DNA of 64,000 nt from Felis catus (taxonomy: Eukaryota): NCBI RefSeq assembly GCF_018350175.1, contig NC_058383.1, forward strand, positions 21,144,001-21,208,000, given 5' to 3'. The notes beneath the pieces were generated by a model. The model had not been told where the DNA came from. It saw nothing but the letters and a program-made list of their open reading frames with translations, and did no database searches. This document shows positions 12,611 to 26,826 of this stretch, piece by piece. The position numbers and the translations under genes are program-made. Every line of letters starts with the position of its first letter. The stretch's first letter is position 1.

Positions 12611-13134
12611 CTTCTCCTCCCTCTCCCTCCTCCTCCTCGCCTCCTGTCCCTCCTCTTCCTCCTCCTCCTCCTTCACGTGCTTCCTTTTCCATTGCTGCTT
12701 CTATAAGGAGCACTTCTTAAAGGAATCACTGGCATCTGAATCCCGGTCTCAGGGATTGCTTCTGTGGAACCCAACTCAAGCCCGCAAAGTCCTCCACGAT
12801 GTGGCCTCCGCCTACTTCTCTAACGTCGTCGCTTGCCAACACGTGCTCTTCCCTTGATGCAGCAACTAGCTTGGAAAGGATGCTGGAAATCCCCTGTACC
12901 TTGTATGTGATCTTTCTCTGCCCTCACTCGGAGTCTTAGTCCTCTCTTTATCTCTACCACTTGCCACCACTAGATATTTGTCAAGTGAATGAATGAGGAC
13001 ATACACCCTAAAGCACTCTCTGTCCTTAATTGGCTACTGCACAGAGGAAATGAGACGAGGCTTTGTTCTGTCACCGCGGGCAGGCGTGAGGACTTCACCA
13101 CGGCCTCCAAACTTGGCAAAAGGGAAACAGAGAA

Positions 13135-13490
13135 ATGCATTCAGTCATTTATTCATTCATCAAGTATTTACTGAAAGCTTACCATGTCCTGGACGCTTCC
13201 TGAATCACTGGACACAGGGCAGTGGAAAAAGACACTCAAAGTCTACCTGCAGGGCTTATATTCTAGTGGAAGAAATCATAACAGCCAAAAAGTATGGAGT
13301 GTCGCCAGGTCCCGGGCACTGTCCTAGATGGATATAGGTCGGCACACGGATACGGATACAGATATAAATAGATAGATCGCTTCATTTAATTCCTACACAA
13401 CGCTTATGAGGTAGGTCTTATCATTTTCATTTTGTAAGTAAAGAGAATAATACACAGACCATAAATAGCGGAACTGGAATTTGAACCCAG
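13135..13490 (-). mobile_element. L2 3' fragment followed by a MIR fragment
   Basis: CATTCATTCA..CAAGTATTTACTGA (L2 tail); TTCATTTAATTCCTACACAAC..ATGAGGTAGG and GATTTGAACCCAGG-like motifs (MIR). Confidence 0.65.
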
Positions 13491-13492
13491 GT

Positions 13493-14001
13493 AGTAATGC
13501 TAAAGAAAAAAATTATTCGTGGCTCTTGTTAAAAATGATAAGACTCTTTTCAGGGGGACCACTGCGATGGGGCTTTTGTGGTAGAGAAGAGAGATCGGCT
13601 CAACCTCACAAACAACAAGAACAAGTAGAGATTTGCAGTCAAGGATCGGGCTGGGGGTCCGCGGATGGGAAATTATTAAAAGGGGGCATCAAGGTAGGGG
13701 GGCTATCTCCTAAACCAACTGCACAGGAGTTTTACTCAAGGCAGGCCAGGGTGATAAGGTATCAAGGGGGGGGGGAGAAGGAATTGGGTCCGATGTCATG
13801 GCTTGTCAGATACCAAGGCTGGAGGGGAAGGAATCTAATCAGATATCAAAGGTGGGGGATTTTCACTAAACTGCCCCAGCAGGATTCTTGCTAAAACTGG
13901 ACCGAATGGACCAAGGATGGAGCCCAAGGGCGAGACCTCATCAGAACGAGGACTCACAGGAGCCTGGCTGGAGGTAGGGCCAGGACAGTCTTTCGGTGGC
14001 A
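13493..14001 (-). mobile_element. MER31/MER67-like ERV1 solo LTR
   Basis: TAAAGAAAAAAATTATTC..CTTGTTAAA..AGAGAGATCGGCTCAAC..GGAAATTA blocks resemble this family. Confidence 0.5.
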
Positions 14002-14956
14002 TGTTCCAGAACCCATGCTCTTGCCTACTCTAGTCAGCCAGCGGGAACTGCCTTGGCACGGTCGTGCCAACTACAGAGCTCTTTGCTTATCTGGATTTTC
14101 TTGTCCCTGCAATATGTGCTACTTTAAATTTCTAAAAAGGGAAAAGAGTGAAATTGTGCTGATATCTTGCTTACCTAGAATAAAACTGCCACTTTGAGCC
14201 GGAATGGGCGTGAGAGGTAACGCAGTGGAGAGCAGACAGGGGGAGTTGGGTCGGAGCTAGAAACCGTGGTCCTGTCCGCGTCGTCACCTGCATGGCAAGG
14301 GAGCTGGGCGCTATGGTTCCAAGATTCTTTCCTCCATTCCCTCCGCGCAACCTTGACGATCTAGCCGTAAGGTTTCACCACCTTTAGGGCACGTCACCTC
14401 GCATCGTATTTATCAGCCTGCGTACCTCATTTCCCCTGTGCGACTGTAAGCCCTCGGTACAGTGAGTGCTCCCGTACACAACATTATACATCCTCAACAC
14501 CGTGCCCCCTTGGGCGTGTCTTCCGGTGTCGAGAATGGGCCTCCGTAGCCAAGGAGCTCCCTCAAAATGCTCCTTCAAGGTCACAGAGGACACGAATAAA
14601 AGAGTCCAGATCACCATGCGGGCAATCCTGTCCCATTCCGAAGCTGGTGCTCTCAACTCGCACCCAGCGACTCAGAGAAGAGCAGCTGCTTGCATAGAAT
14701 TGCTGCTGGGTCAAGCATATCATTCTCCGAAGTCTCCCTCAAAGATTTCTCTCTCAGCCACACACAGACTCTCGCTCACAGGTTCAACGTGTACATTTCG
14801 AAATGCCCCAGATGGCACAGCTCACCTTGAAATCTGTCCTTTTTGTGAGCAAGGTAGGTCCTGGCTTGAATTCTCAGCTCGAAAACACCGTGGGGATGTA
14901 CTGCAAAGGAGATTATTTAGAAAGATAGATTTTTATCAATATTGACATCTTTACTT

Positions 14957-15080
14957 CTTTTTAAAAAATGTTTTTTAAACTTTATTTATTTTTGAGAGAG
15001 AAAGAGAGAGAGAGCGAAAGTGAGAGAGAAAGAGAGAGAGAAAGAAAGACAGCATGTGTGGGGGAAGGGCAGAGAGAGAG

Positions 15081-15124
<44 letters not shown>

Positions 15125-15220
15125 AAGCAGGCTCCAGCTCTGAGCTGTCAGCACAGAGCCCAACACGGGGCTCAAACTCATGACCTGAGCCAAAGTCAGG
15201 CGCTCAACCGACCCAGGCGT
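14957..15220 (-). mobile_element. CanSINE with internal (CA)n
   Basis: Reverse SINE with degenerate TSD TGACAT.TTTA.TTCTTT. Confidence 0.88.
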
Positions 15221-16047
15221 TCTGACATTTTTATTTCTTTAGATGCATGGGAATTCATTGTATTATTCCTTGCCTGCCTTTACTTCTTAATTGCTAAATA
15301 ATATATATATTTTTAAGAACAGAGAGGCATTTTCCCCCAAGGATACCGGCTGCATTGAAGACTGACATAGTTTCAACTTCCCCGTGATACCCGGGCTCCC
15401 ATAAGGCTGTAAGGGTTCAGGTCCCAGCAGGAAATACATAATGTGCTTGAAGGGGTAACTGAAGGAGAGTTTCCAGATGGGATCACTTAGAAAACAGTGG
15501 GCAGAAATAAGAGAAATCAACAGACAGGGTGCAGCACCTCAAGACCATTAGTAAGAATTAGGAAAAAGCCATTAGCAAGGGAAGCCAGCTATTTGAAGAA
15601 GCAAAGGAAGCAAGTGTTTGAGCAGATTTGGAGGGTTGTGGACAGGGCGTCCACAAAGAAGTCCAACCAGCAGCCTGAACAGCATGGGGAGGGACGGATG
15701 TCTATCTCATCCACCTTCCCATTTGCTGGTGCTCCCCACTGGCCTCGCACAACCAGAAACCAGGTGAGGGAGGGGGGCTCGATGATGCAGTCCCCAGAGC
15801 ACAGAACCGGGTGGAGAAGAGTGGGTGGAAAATCTGGAGCTGCAAAGTGAATATCCAGGTCAGGAGCCAGCCCCATCCGCCTGGAGCCCAACTCGTGAGA
15901 GGCCAGATGTCAGAAAAGGGATAGCAGGGGCTCACATGTAAGTTATGGCGTATCTACTCTTCTAGGAGTGAGCACGCATCCATTTGGCCAACAGGAAATT
16001 TCCTCGGTAACAAATGGTTGGATAGATATATTAGCTCTGCTTTCCTT

Positions 16048-16253
16048 TTTTTAAAGTTTATTTGTTTTGAGAGAGAGAGAGAGAGAGACAGACAGAGCAC
16101 GAGCAGGGAGGTGGCAGAGAGATGGAGAGAGAATCCCGAGCAGACTCTGAGCCATCAGCACAGAGCCCAACTTGGGGCTCGAACTTACAGACCATGAGAT
16201 CATGACCTGAGCCGAAGTCAGATGCTCAACCGACTGAGCCACCCAGGCGCCCC
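16048..16253 (-). mobile_element. CanSINE with TSD AGCTCTGCTTTCCTT
   Basis: TSD at 16033-16047 and 16254-16268. Confidence 0.92.
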
Positions 16254-17279
16254 AGCTCTGCTTTCCTTAAAGGGAGAAAGTCAATCAACCCATAGAAGAG
16301 AAAGAAGAGAATCAAATACCATACCGAGGAAGCGTAGCTTAACCATAAGAGTCATGCATGTAACATTCAAAAATTCAAACATGTTGCAGGGCTGGCCAAC
16401 AGGGAAAAGAAAACATGATTAAATAATGCAGGCAAGTCTGTCCACCACACGCTCCATGGGCTTATGTCCGAAGGTGAGCGTGAGACAGTTGACATCAGTC
16501 CACCGATTTCCCCCATCAATCTCATAGTGCAAGTGTTTGTCACGCTAAGTGTGATTCTAGTGTGTCGGTGCAGATGCTTGTGTACCCCTTATGGCATATT
16601 TTAGATTACTATATATGTCAATGTTTATGCACGTGTGCAGGTTTGTATGTGCAAAGTCATGCATACTATTCTTTAGAAGCAACTTAAGAAATGTCCAAGG
16701 GTTTTAATGCTTTGGAGCTGTGATCAACACTTTTTAAAACTAGAAAACCCCTGAAAAATATTTTTGAGAATGAACTCTTTTTATGTATTGTTTTCTCTTC
16801 ACTGGCTTTTAAGTCTCACTCCTGCATAAGCTATAACTCTGCTGTAATCCCTGACCCACCAGGCAGACGTTATAAAAGGAGACTGGGGAGAGCCCACTGT
16901 GGAAATAGGTCGAGAGGAAGAGAAGATTTCTTAGCAGAAAAACAAATTAAAGTCCTTGGAAAAATCTAGTAACTTACTAACTTTTGTTTCTGTAGATGAA
17001 CATTTTTAAATGCTTAATAATTCCCTTTAGGAGGTCAGCAATAAGTAGTCCTTCATCATACAAAGAAATAAAAAATATATGCAATTATATTCCATTTCAC
17101 CATAAGAACCAAGGACAGGGCTTCAACGTTGGATGGGTTCAAGCCCGTCTATAACACCTGGAGTTAACTGGTGAACTCTGATCTCAAAGTCAGCAGGGAT
17201 TAGGTTGTGTGTAGTAACAACTATCCCCCAACTTTCAGGGGCTTAAACAAATCAGAGCTTATTTTCTCTTTTTGGTCAC

Positions 17280-17754
17280 CTTTACTGAGGGATAATTGAC
17301 AAATAAAAACTGTATATATTTAAAGTACACAATGTGATGATTCAGTATACATTAAATATACTAACACCTTCATCACTTCACATACTTTTTTTATGAGAAC
17401 ACTTAAGATCTACTCTCTTAGCAAATTTCAAGTATATAATATGGTATTAATTAATTAATTAATTAATTAATTAATTTTAGAGAGAGAGAGAGAGAGTGCA
17501 AGTGGGGGAGAGGGGCAGAGGGAGAGAGAGAGAGAGAGAGAGAGAGGAACTTAAGCAGCCTCCAAGCTCAGTGCAGAGCCTGACTCAGAGCTCAATTCCA
17601 TGACCCTGGGATCATGACCTGAGCCAAAATCAAAAGTTGGATGCTCAACTGACTGAGCCACCCAGGCGCCCAGTGTTATTAACTGCACATTAGGTCCCCA
17701 GAACTTATTCATCTTATAACTAAAAGTTTGTACCCTTTGACCAACATCTCCCCA

Positions 17755-17806
<52 letters not shown>

Positions 17807-18090
17807 GCCCCCAGCCCCTGGTATACCCCATTCTGTTTTCGGGTTCTCTTGAGTTCTACTTTTTTATATATCACATATAACTGAGATCACATATGGTCAC
17901 ATATGGTATTTGTCTTTCTGTGTCTGGCTTATTCCACTGAACATAATGTCTTCTAGGTTCACCCGTGTTGTCACAAATGTCAGTTTTTCCTTCCCTTTTG
18001 TGATTTAATAATATTCTACTATATATACGTACAACATATTTTCTGTATCTGCTCATCCATTTGATGGACACTTGGGACTTACTTCCCACT
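17280..18090 (-). mobile_element. L1 3' UTR fragment containing a CanSINE (about 17445-17672) and (CA)n
   Basis: TTTACTGAGGGATAATTGACAAATAAAAACTG 3' end and L1 UTR motifs. Confidence 0.8.
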
Positions 18091-19195
18091 CACTGAGCTA
18101 GGGCTCTGCTCTCTGTCATATTTGTCCTCTCTCTAGACCTCAGCCTGACGGGAGCCCCAGAATATCAAACATCACGGGTCATGGTGCTAGAAAGGAGGGT
18201 CTCACAGCAGTAATCAAATGCCTACTCTACACTCTACAACTCATACCTCTCTGACCAGAACTGGGTCACGTGGGTCCACCCAACAGGGCCAAGAATGGCA
18301 ATCATCTTGCATCCAGAAGATGAAGGGCCAGGTATATTTAGTATTTAGCTTTAGTGGCTATCTCACCAATATAATGCCCTTTCCCTTATCCTGAGAGCAG
18401 AGATTCGGACCTCGGAAACTGAACGGAGGAGAAAACTGGGGTCTTTGGACCTTTGGTCGGCAAAACCAGAGGGAAGATTTAAGCCCGTGTCATCAGGACA
18501 CTATCTTTCAGAAGCCTGGAAGTGTGGCCACTGATGGCACTTGCCAGTGGTTGAGTATACTAGTGGCACAGTCTTTGATTATGATACCCTGTGGGAAAAT
18601 ACTTGGAGAATGCACTGCTAATGTATGGAAACGCATCTACAAACTTCATACAAGTCCTACTGTGCAAATATATGTTATGTACATGACTACACATTATGTA
18701 CATGACTACTACCGCTCTAATAATGTTCCCCAACCAATACATCATCCCGCACCCTCCTTGGGGTATGGGCATCCCACCTTGGAGACCCTCCCCGTGGAGG
18801 ATCAAGAGGTTTGAGTCACATTATTACAAGAGACCAACAGGAAAGGGATCTGTTTACATAAAATTATCTGTAATCCCAGATGTGACTCCAAGTAATAACT
18901 TAATATCTTGGTACATTTCCTTTTTCTCTGCACGGCTATCCATACACCGAAATGTTTTTAAAAAGATACCATACTGAACAAACTGCTTTGTAACCTCCTT
19001 TTCACAGCGAACACATTGTGAACAATATATTGCATATTCCCCGACATCATTTCTATAACTTTTATCATTTTCCTTACTTCAACGGTAATATAGGTTCCTT
19101 GTGAAATCCTATTAAATGTGTATAAGCAAAAAGCAAAAAAAGGAAAGATTACTCATCTTCCATTACGCAGACATGACCACTTTTAAAACTTTGCT

Positions 19196-19410
19196 GGGGC
19201 ATCTGGGGGGTTCAGTCGGTTGGGCGTCCGACTTCGACCCAGGTCATGATCTCACGGTTGGCGGGTTCGGGCCCCGCGTCAGGCTCTGTGCTGACAGCTT
19301 GGAGCCTGGAGCCTGCTTCGGATTCTGTGTCCCCCTCTCTCTGCATCTCCCCCACTCATGCTCTGTTTCTGTCTCAAAAATAAACATAAAAGAAAATTAA
19401 AAAAAAAAAA
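19196..19410 (+). mobile_element. CanSINE
   Basis: Near-TSD AAA(A/G)CTTTGCT on both sides. Confidence 0.9.
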
Positions 19411-19654
19411 GCTTTGCTGTTAATTTTTTTTTGGCCAGTTTCTTTCCAGTGTGCTCGTGGTCCCCCATTAATGGGATCACGTTATGTCTACTCTTCTGTA
19501 AACTGCTGTATCATTTCATGTGATATGAAATTTGATATATCGTTCATCATTTTATATGAAATGAATTTATATGACACATATTTTCGTATGTATTGTGTAT
19601 CTTTCTAGATAATGGAATACTCTCCTACAACCCCATTTGAAGGACTCTCTGTGG

Positions 19655-19900
19655 CAATGTTTCCAAAACTGATGTTCTCTGAACATTGTTCTAGAAGATT
19701 TCCATAGCTACCTTGAGAGAAAAAGAAATTCTGCGGTAAAATAAGTTCGGAAAATAGTGCCTGTTTGAATTGTCATAACGCACATTAGTTATTAAAGTCT
19801 CTGAAAATCCTACAACTGAAGAAAAATATTTGACTTTGTTTAACATGGTATTTCTCAAATTTATTCGAGCATGACTCATTTTTTGGAAACACTTCAAATA
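19655..19900 (+). mobile_element. MER103C-like hAT-Charlie element
   Basis: GCACATTAG..ATTAAAGTCTCTGA..ATCCTACA..TTTGACTTTGTTTAAC..TTTCTCAAATTTATT. Confidence 0.6.
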
Positions 19901-21160
19901 CCATGCTCAGAGCAGTACTAATTACTCCGTAATTATATTCCAGTTCTGTCTTCTTGAACATATAAGTTGTCACAAATTTTAACTGCAAATAGCTACATTG
20001 TAATGAATATTCTCGTTTCTACTATGCCCTTCATATATTTTAATATAAATTTAATAAGGCAGAATTATCAGCTTGAAGAGTATATACGTTCTGAAAGTTT
20101 CTCTCCTGACAAATCAGTTCCCAGAAATGTTGAACTTATTATTTATATTCCTATAGCGGGGACATGAGAATACCCATTTCCATACAACAACGTCTGCTTT
20201 GGATTTTATCACTAAAACAGTAAGTAAATACTTAAGTAAATAACTGGTCTTTTTGTCTCAAAAGCAATTAATACTTATCATAGAAAAAGTTTTAATTAAT
20301 ACGAGAGAGAGAGAGAGAAATCACCTACAATCTCATAACTTAAAAATAACCACCATCAACATGGGAGACGATATATAAGTATGGATGTTGTTGTTTTTAA
20401 ATAAACCTGTAATTATGCAAGTTCTATATCATGCTATTTTATAATTAATATTATGTCTTTGAAGTGTTATCACACTGCTTAAATAATTTGCATTTAATAC
20501 GAGCAAAGCTGAGCAGTTTTTCAGACATTCATCATCTCTTAGTTTCTTTTAGATAATTGTTTATTCACATCTGAGGGTCACATTTCTGGTGAAATCTTTG
20601 TATTTTCCTTATTATTTGGGGGTTCCATTTATATACATAAAGGAACTTAACTATTTTCATGTATGTTGCAAATATTTTCCCCAAATTCGGTTCTGTTTTC
20701 AATTTTACATGTGCAGTGCTTTATATGTAGAAATTTCTGATGGTTACGTAGAGATTGTTTTCTTTGGCGATTGATCACGTAAAAATTAGAAATCCTTTCT
20801 ACCTCAAGATTATATTATTTTCTTCCGGTACTGAAGGTTTTACATCTGTGATCCAATGGGAGAAACAAAAAGTAGGTGCCATAGCCAGGAAAGTGGGCAT
20901 TATGTACCTTCTTTTTCTGTGTTCCAGCCTGGTCCACGTGGTTTAAGTAATGCTGTGCACGAACACCTCTCAAATCCTGCCCCAGTTCCTTTCCACCTTT
21001 TGGGGTCACCAGAATATTAAAGATTTACCGTATCTTCCTCTTTATCATGTCTGCAAATCCAAATATCATGCCGGTCATGCCGTATTCCTCTGCCAGCACA
21101 TTCCGTTCAGTCAAGTCTATTGATTCAAACTATTTTTTTTTCTAAAAACAAGATATTCTC

Positions 21161-21392
21161 GGGGCGCCTGGGTGGCTCAGTCGGTTAAGCGGCCGACTTC
21201 AGCTCAGGTCATGATCTCACGGTCCGCGAGTTCGAGCCCCGCGTCGGGCTCTGGGCTGATGGCTCAGAGCCTGGAGCCTGCTTCCGATTCTGTGTCTCCC
21301 TCTCTCTCTGCCCCTCCCCCATTCATGCTCTGTCTCTGTCTCAAAAATAAATAAAAACATTAAAAAAATTTTTTAAAAAAAATAAATAAATA
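21161..21392 (+). mobile_element. Young CanSINE with perfect TSD AAAAACAAGATATTCTC
   Basis: TSD at 21144-21160 and 21393-21409. Confidence 0.95.
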
Positions 21393-21919
21393 AAAAACAA
21401 GATATTCTCAAGTGCATACACCCTTTACAAAATCTCTAACCAAATATCTTTCTATATTCCTGTTATTCAATCTACTACATTTCCTTACTCTGCCAAAATA
21501 GATTTGTGCTGATCAACGCATACCCATCAAAGGGTATCTCATGTAATAATGATGGTGTTTGGGTGAAAATATTAGGAGAGTTAGCAGGGAGCGGGCATAG
21601 TGAGATCAGCTTTAAGCTTTAATGAATTTGACGACATAAAAGAGACAAACTCTGCTAGTAAAAAGATACAATTAAAACACATATTTAATATCACTAATAA
21701 TCAAAGAAGTTTGCACCAAAATAATAACGAGTAGCATTTTTCACCTGTAAAATTAGTAAAGATTATAGAAAGATAACACCCAGAGTCTGCAAGGGTATGA
21801 CCAACTATGTGTGGCCACAACGGATGGGAATATAAAGACCTAAAATCACATTTCTGGAGCCCGAGTTGGCAATACTTATCAAGAGTTTTTAAAGATCATT
21901 TGACTTGGTACTTCTACCT

Positions 21920-22127
21920 CTTTTTTCTAATGTTTATTTATTTTTGACAGAGAGAGAGAGAGAGAGAGAGAGCGCAAACAGGGAAGGGGCAGAAAGAGAG
22001 GGAGACACAGAATTTGCAGCAGGTTCTGTCAGCACAGAGCCAAATATGGGGCTCGAACTCGAGAGCCATGAGATCATGAACTGAGCAGAAGTCGGATGTT
22101 TAACCGACTGAGTCACCCAGGTGCCCC
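21920..22127 (-). mobile_element. CanSINE
   Basis: Reverse SINE head and body. Confidence 0.9.
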
Positions 22128-24081
22128 TTGGTTCTTCTATTTCTAGAAAAGCAACCTAAAGAAATCATCAGAAGTTTATTCAGAATCTGCTACAGTTGTA
22201 GTGACCCGTAGGTACTCGGTACTTTAAGTACGTTGATTTCGCTATGAAATGAAAGATCCTCCCCAACCACCCTGGTCCCCCCCATCAGTACGTGGCAGAG
22301 CGGAGAATGAATCCCCAAATCTGCGAGAACCCCAAATCCATTCTCCAACCATGAGTAACTTTCTTGTCTTCTGTCAGCCTCTATCTTCTAGCCGCTGAAT
22401 GAACTGTCTGGAATACAAAGATCTCTGAGTTTCTTTCCATTTTAAGTAAGGAGAGAGTTTTATGTCCCAGAGGACTTTGCCTCATCGCCGTAAGGGATTC
22501 AGGAAATCGCTGTCAGATGTCTTAACTGGTGGCCATTTTCCCACCATCTTACGAAGAAGCTGGTAGAACGAGATGGGGCAGAGGCTGCCAGTGACCCAGA
22601 GGCTTGGACCATGGGGACCCCCCTCCCAACCCACCCAAGCATGGCCCAGGACAAGTCCTGGAATTAAACTTTGGATCCCTACGCTCACTTTCCCGGGAGG
22701 AAGTCGCTCCACACCTTGACCGCCCTCACACCACCGGCAACATTGGCCTCAGACACACTTCTCCAGACGGACGTCCAAGGGCACTGACAGAGAAGCTGAA
22801 GCAGTGGATCCCAAAGGGGAAAATACAGGACTCGCACCAGGGAAATTGGCTGCTTTCCCGGCCCTGTGACTTACCCGCTGGCCCTAGGCAAGCCACAGGA
22901 CTGTTCCAGTCCTCCACTTCCTCCCCGGAAACATCGAGAAGCTGTGGTGTGGACAGAAAGAGACAATGCAACTGGAAGCGCTTTGAAAAATGAGACGCAT
23001 TGTAGAAATGTGAGGGGCTATTATGCAGTTAGGGAGGAATCGAAGAATCTAAAATTGTCTTGCATTTGAATAGTGTTTCTTATTTTGCAACATGCTCTTC
23101 TCATTTTGTCTTCACAGCCGCCGTGTGAGAAAGTAGGGCAGTTATTCTAATCTCCATTTTACAGATGAGGAAACAGAAGGAAAAGAGGCAGTGCCAGCCC
23201 TGGAAGGCAGGCATCCTGATTCCCAATCCCAGAGTCATTCTCGCCTATCTGCAAGCGATTTGCCCTTATCGGCGGTGCAGGTGACACGGACAGGACATTG
23301 GAGGACATTTGTCACTAACGGGGACGGGGTGTCTGCAGGGTCTGAGCCGAACGAAGAGTAGTTGGCCCCCTAAGGCTCGTTTTGGGTTAACACATGGGCT
23401 TTCGAGGAAAAAGAGTAGAGTTCCAGGATTTCTGCATTGCAATGGAGGGCAGGTTGAAAGCCCGAATTCGATAAATACTAAATGCCCAAAGAGACCCAGC
23501 ATACATTGTTAGTACGTGCCTCCATCGACAGTGTGACCTGCACTGTCCCACCTAGCAGGGGCAGCATTAGGCTGTCCCCAGAGCCATCTGCCAGAAAATT
23601 AGCATCTAAGTAGGAAGCTCGGGGTGAGGACTCACAGACGTGTTTGATTTTGCCATTGAAACAATTATGAAAAGCACATTTCAGATGCTCTGGCTTTTGC
23701 AGAGTGTTTCTGCGTCCCCGGGAGTCCCAAAATAAGCCTGTAAGGTAGACTGAAACCACTCTTAGAAGTGACTTATCAAAGAACGTGCAGTCAACGAGCT
23801 TTTATCATTTGAGTTGTGAGCAAACCCAACTGTCCCGTTATGTGACCGTGACAGATTGGATTATTGTCCAGGATACTCCCTTGGGCCAGAGTACCCTGGA
23901 GCCTTGGCCATTTGATTGGCTTTGCCTCACACAATCGTAGGTGCCAGTCCCAAACCAGGGCCTGAAGAGGAAGCCTGTGTTCCCACTACCTTCTTTCACT
24001 CACATGACCTACCACAAGGAGGGCACACTCTAGGAAGTGGCTGATACAAAAAAAAAAAATAATAATAATAGGGAGACATGT

Positions 24082-24310
24082 GGGGGTGCCTGGGTGGCTC
24101 AGTTTGTTAAGCCTCCGACTTCGGCTCAGGTCGTGCTCTCACGGTTCGTGGGTTTGAGCCCCACATGGGGCTCTATGCTGACAGCTCAGAGCTTGGAGCC
24201 TGCTTTGGATTCTGTGTCTCCCACCCCCTCTCTCCCCCTCCCCTATTCACATTCTGTGTGTGTGTGTGTCTCTCTCAAAATAAGTAAACTTAAAAAAAAT
24301 TTTTTTTAAA
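24082..24310 (+). mobile_element. CanSINE inserted in an MLT1-like LTR relic (about 23850-24490)
   Basis: SINE body; flanks carry MaLR-like motifs. Confidence 0.8.
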
Positions 24311-25874
24311 AGAATAAGGAGGCATGTGGAAAAGACCTGAACCCAACGTGCCTCCTGGTGCTCAAACCATGGGGGGCCAACCTAGCAAAGCCAAACAGTA
24401 GCTGAGCCATGGATGAATTAGCACCAAACAAATAAATGCTAGGTATTCTTTGCTTCTTCATTATCGTTATGCAAAATATTGTTGCAAGGCGTTGACCGAC
24501 ATCGTTGCCTTCACTAGAGGCAGTGGTTATATATTGCAGGGCTTACTTGGATTTTTAAAAAAGAAGTCCTTTTTTTAAATTGAAAGATAATTAGCATATG
24601 ATGCCATATTAGTTTCAGGTGGGCAAAATAATGGTTAAACACTATTCTATACGTTATTCGGTGCTCATCAAGATAAGTATATGCTTCCTCCCTAAAAAAG
24701 GGATTCTTGATTCTTAATGGGGGCAGGTAAGAATTTCTCTATACGAAACAAGAAATGTTCCATTTCTTTTTCTCTCTTAAAGCAAATTAATTATGGCTCC
24801 AAGTTTCCAAGCGTTACGGTGATGACATGATCAGTATCACTCCGTACTAGACTTCGTCCCCAGTGTGTGGTCTCATATAAATATCCCGGGCATATGTATC
24901 ACCAGACACATGGAGGAGGGGCCCAGAAAGCCCCCGTTTTTTGCCCTTCACTCCTTCACTCCTCCAGAACTTCATCAGTTACTGCAAGTTCAGAAATCAC
25001 AGTGGTGAGAGAGAAGGTTGTACTTTTTACCGATTGACATCATCCAGGATCTGACGGAGTTAAGCCAAGTGGAAATCCCTTGGATGATACTGAGTCTGAC
25101 AGTAACAGTTTGAGGACCATGCAGTTTTGAGAATTTACGTCGAGTCTCGACGATATCAGGAATACAAAAATAACTCTCTGTGTCTCCATTCATTCGAGAC
25201 TGCTTTTATGCCTCCCAGAAAATTTTTATATTTGTGATTGCTTAGGTCCTGTACGTCTCTTCTTAAGTGTATTACTAAGTTTTTTACAGAGATTCCCCAT
25301 GGCCAAGGATAAATGCCAAGTTCCTTTGCGTGCCCAGAAATGTTCTTCACTATGTGACCCCTCCCCACCTGAGTAGTCTCGCCACACTCCGCTTGGAGTA
25401 CTCACCCTTCCTGGTGGCCACATTATGTTTTGTTCCCGGTGAATTACATGAATGTGCTCTTCGATTTTCTTGCTTGATGCTTTTTAGACACCTTCCCCTT
25501 TGCTTGGGATGTCATCTGACCATCTCATGCTATCCTTCAAGATCTAATTCTAATGGCACCTTCTCTTGAATGGGGGGGTGGGGTCCAGGGCTAAACTGAG
25601 GCAAGACAGGTGCCCAGGATGCAGAATTTCGGACACTCACTCTCAGGGGCATGCGAATGGCTCCTTGAGGGATCTCATTTATCCTACCCTGTGCCTGGCC
25701 TCCCTCCTGAATGCTTTCCTTAATGTACTCCACCTCTTTCCCCAGAACAGATCCCTCCTCGTGCAAACTCTGTACCTTTCTGTATTACAGAACTTAACCA
25801 CACTGGATCGCATTCTCTTAGGACAGAGACCATATCTTTGTGGCAGGAGCACCATGCGTGACATATTGGATGAA

Positions 25875-26110
25875 TAATAATTGAATAACCTCCATTATAT
25901 ACAAACACTTATTTTGTGCCAGCCATGGGTCTAAATGCTTTACTGAATTGACTTACTTAGCTCTCACAGAAACCCAGATAGATACTATTATCCCGGTTCC
26001 GTAGCTGGAGAAAGGACTAAAAGCAATGAAGTTCATTGCAATATCATACAAGGTGAAGTGGTGAATGCTGGGATTTGAACCCAGCTCCTTCTAATGCCGG
26101 ACCCTATGTG
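25875..26110 (-). mobile_element. MIR
   Basis: CTGGGATTTGAACCCAG and TACTATTATCCC core motifs. Confidence 0.7.
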
Positions 26111-26826
26111 CATCCCTACGAAACATGAGGCTCATCACTGCATTGCAATGGATACGAATCAAGAGGGAAAGAGCATTTTTGTCACGTAATTCAGGATCTA
26201 AGACGACAAGGGCAGCGAGGCCTGATGAGATGCGGTGTCCCTTTGGCATACTGTCCTCCTGGTGAACATCCTAAAATGCTGAGTTCTTAAAAAGAAAAAA
26301 AAAAAAATGCTGACTTCTTCCCCCAAAGGCATCAATACTGGTAAGGAGACACGATCCTAAGTCCTGGTCCCAAATTTAAAAACAAAAAATCCAAGTAATG
26401 CTTTCGATGGCATTGACCAAGGACAATTACTGTCCAAAGGGATTTGAGCCCTATTCATAATCCAGCCAGAAAAATTCTGTCTCCTTGACAATGGGTCATT
26501 TGCCAGTCAGAGGTTATGGAGACACCTGTGCCTCTAGCAGCGGCCCAGATCGTCAGTCATGAGCGGTGAGCACCAGACCTGGTGTATCACCACTTCCCTT
26601 TCTGCGGTGTTACTTCCCACGCAGGACAGCTACCCTGCGCTCTGTCTTCTCTGCTGTTCACAGTGTGTAGCTGAAACACGCGTAGCTGTCCCCAAGGCTG
26701 AAAGACATTCTTCCTCACGGTACCGGTGGGAAATTGATGTCAAGCTGGGAGTCCTGAACTCCAGTGCCTGGAACAAATGAGTGAGCTCGGCCAGGTAGGG
26801 ACTGGAGCAAATTATAACCCACAGGC

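Larger units (their letters stand above)
9654..12783 (+). mobile_element. LTR16-like ERVL LTR split by later insertions (pieces at about 9654-9982, 10462-10505 and 12690-12783)
   Basis: The 5' piece has CCCCAGCTCCCTTGC and AACTTACACTCCAGAGTTCCCC; the 3' piece GAGCACTTCTT..AATCAC..TCTCAGGG..TGCTTCTG..GAACCCAAC resembles an LTR16 end. Confidence 0.6.

Noticed and set aside
22482..22993. ORFs and a minus-strand GTAAG donor-like site in unique sequence
   Set aside because: No recognisable protein similarity or convincing exon boundaries; a host exon cannot be supported without alignment or RNA data.
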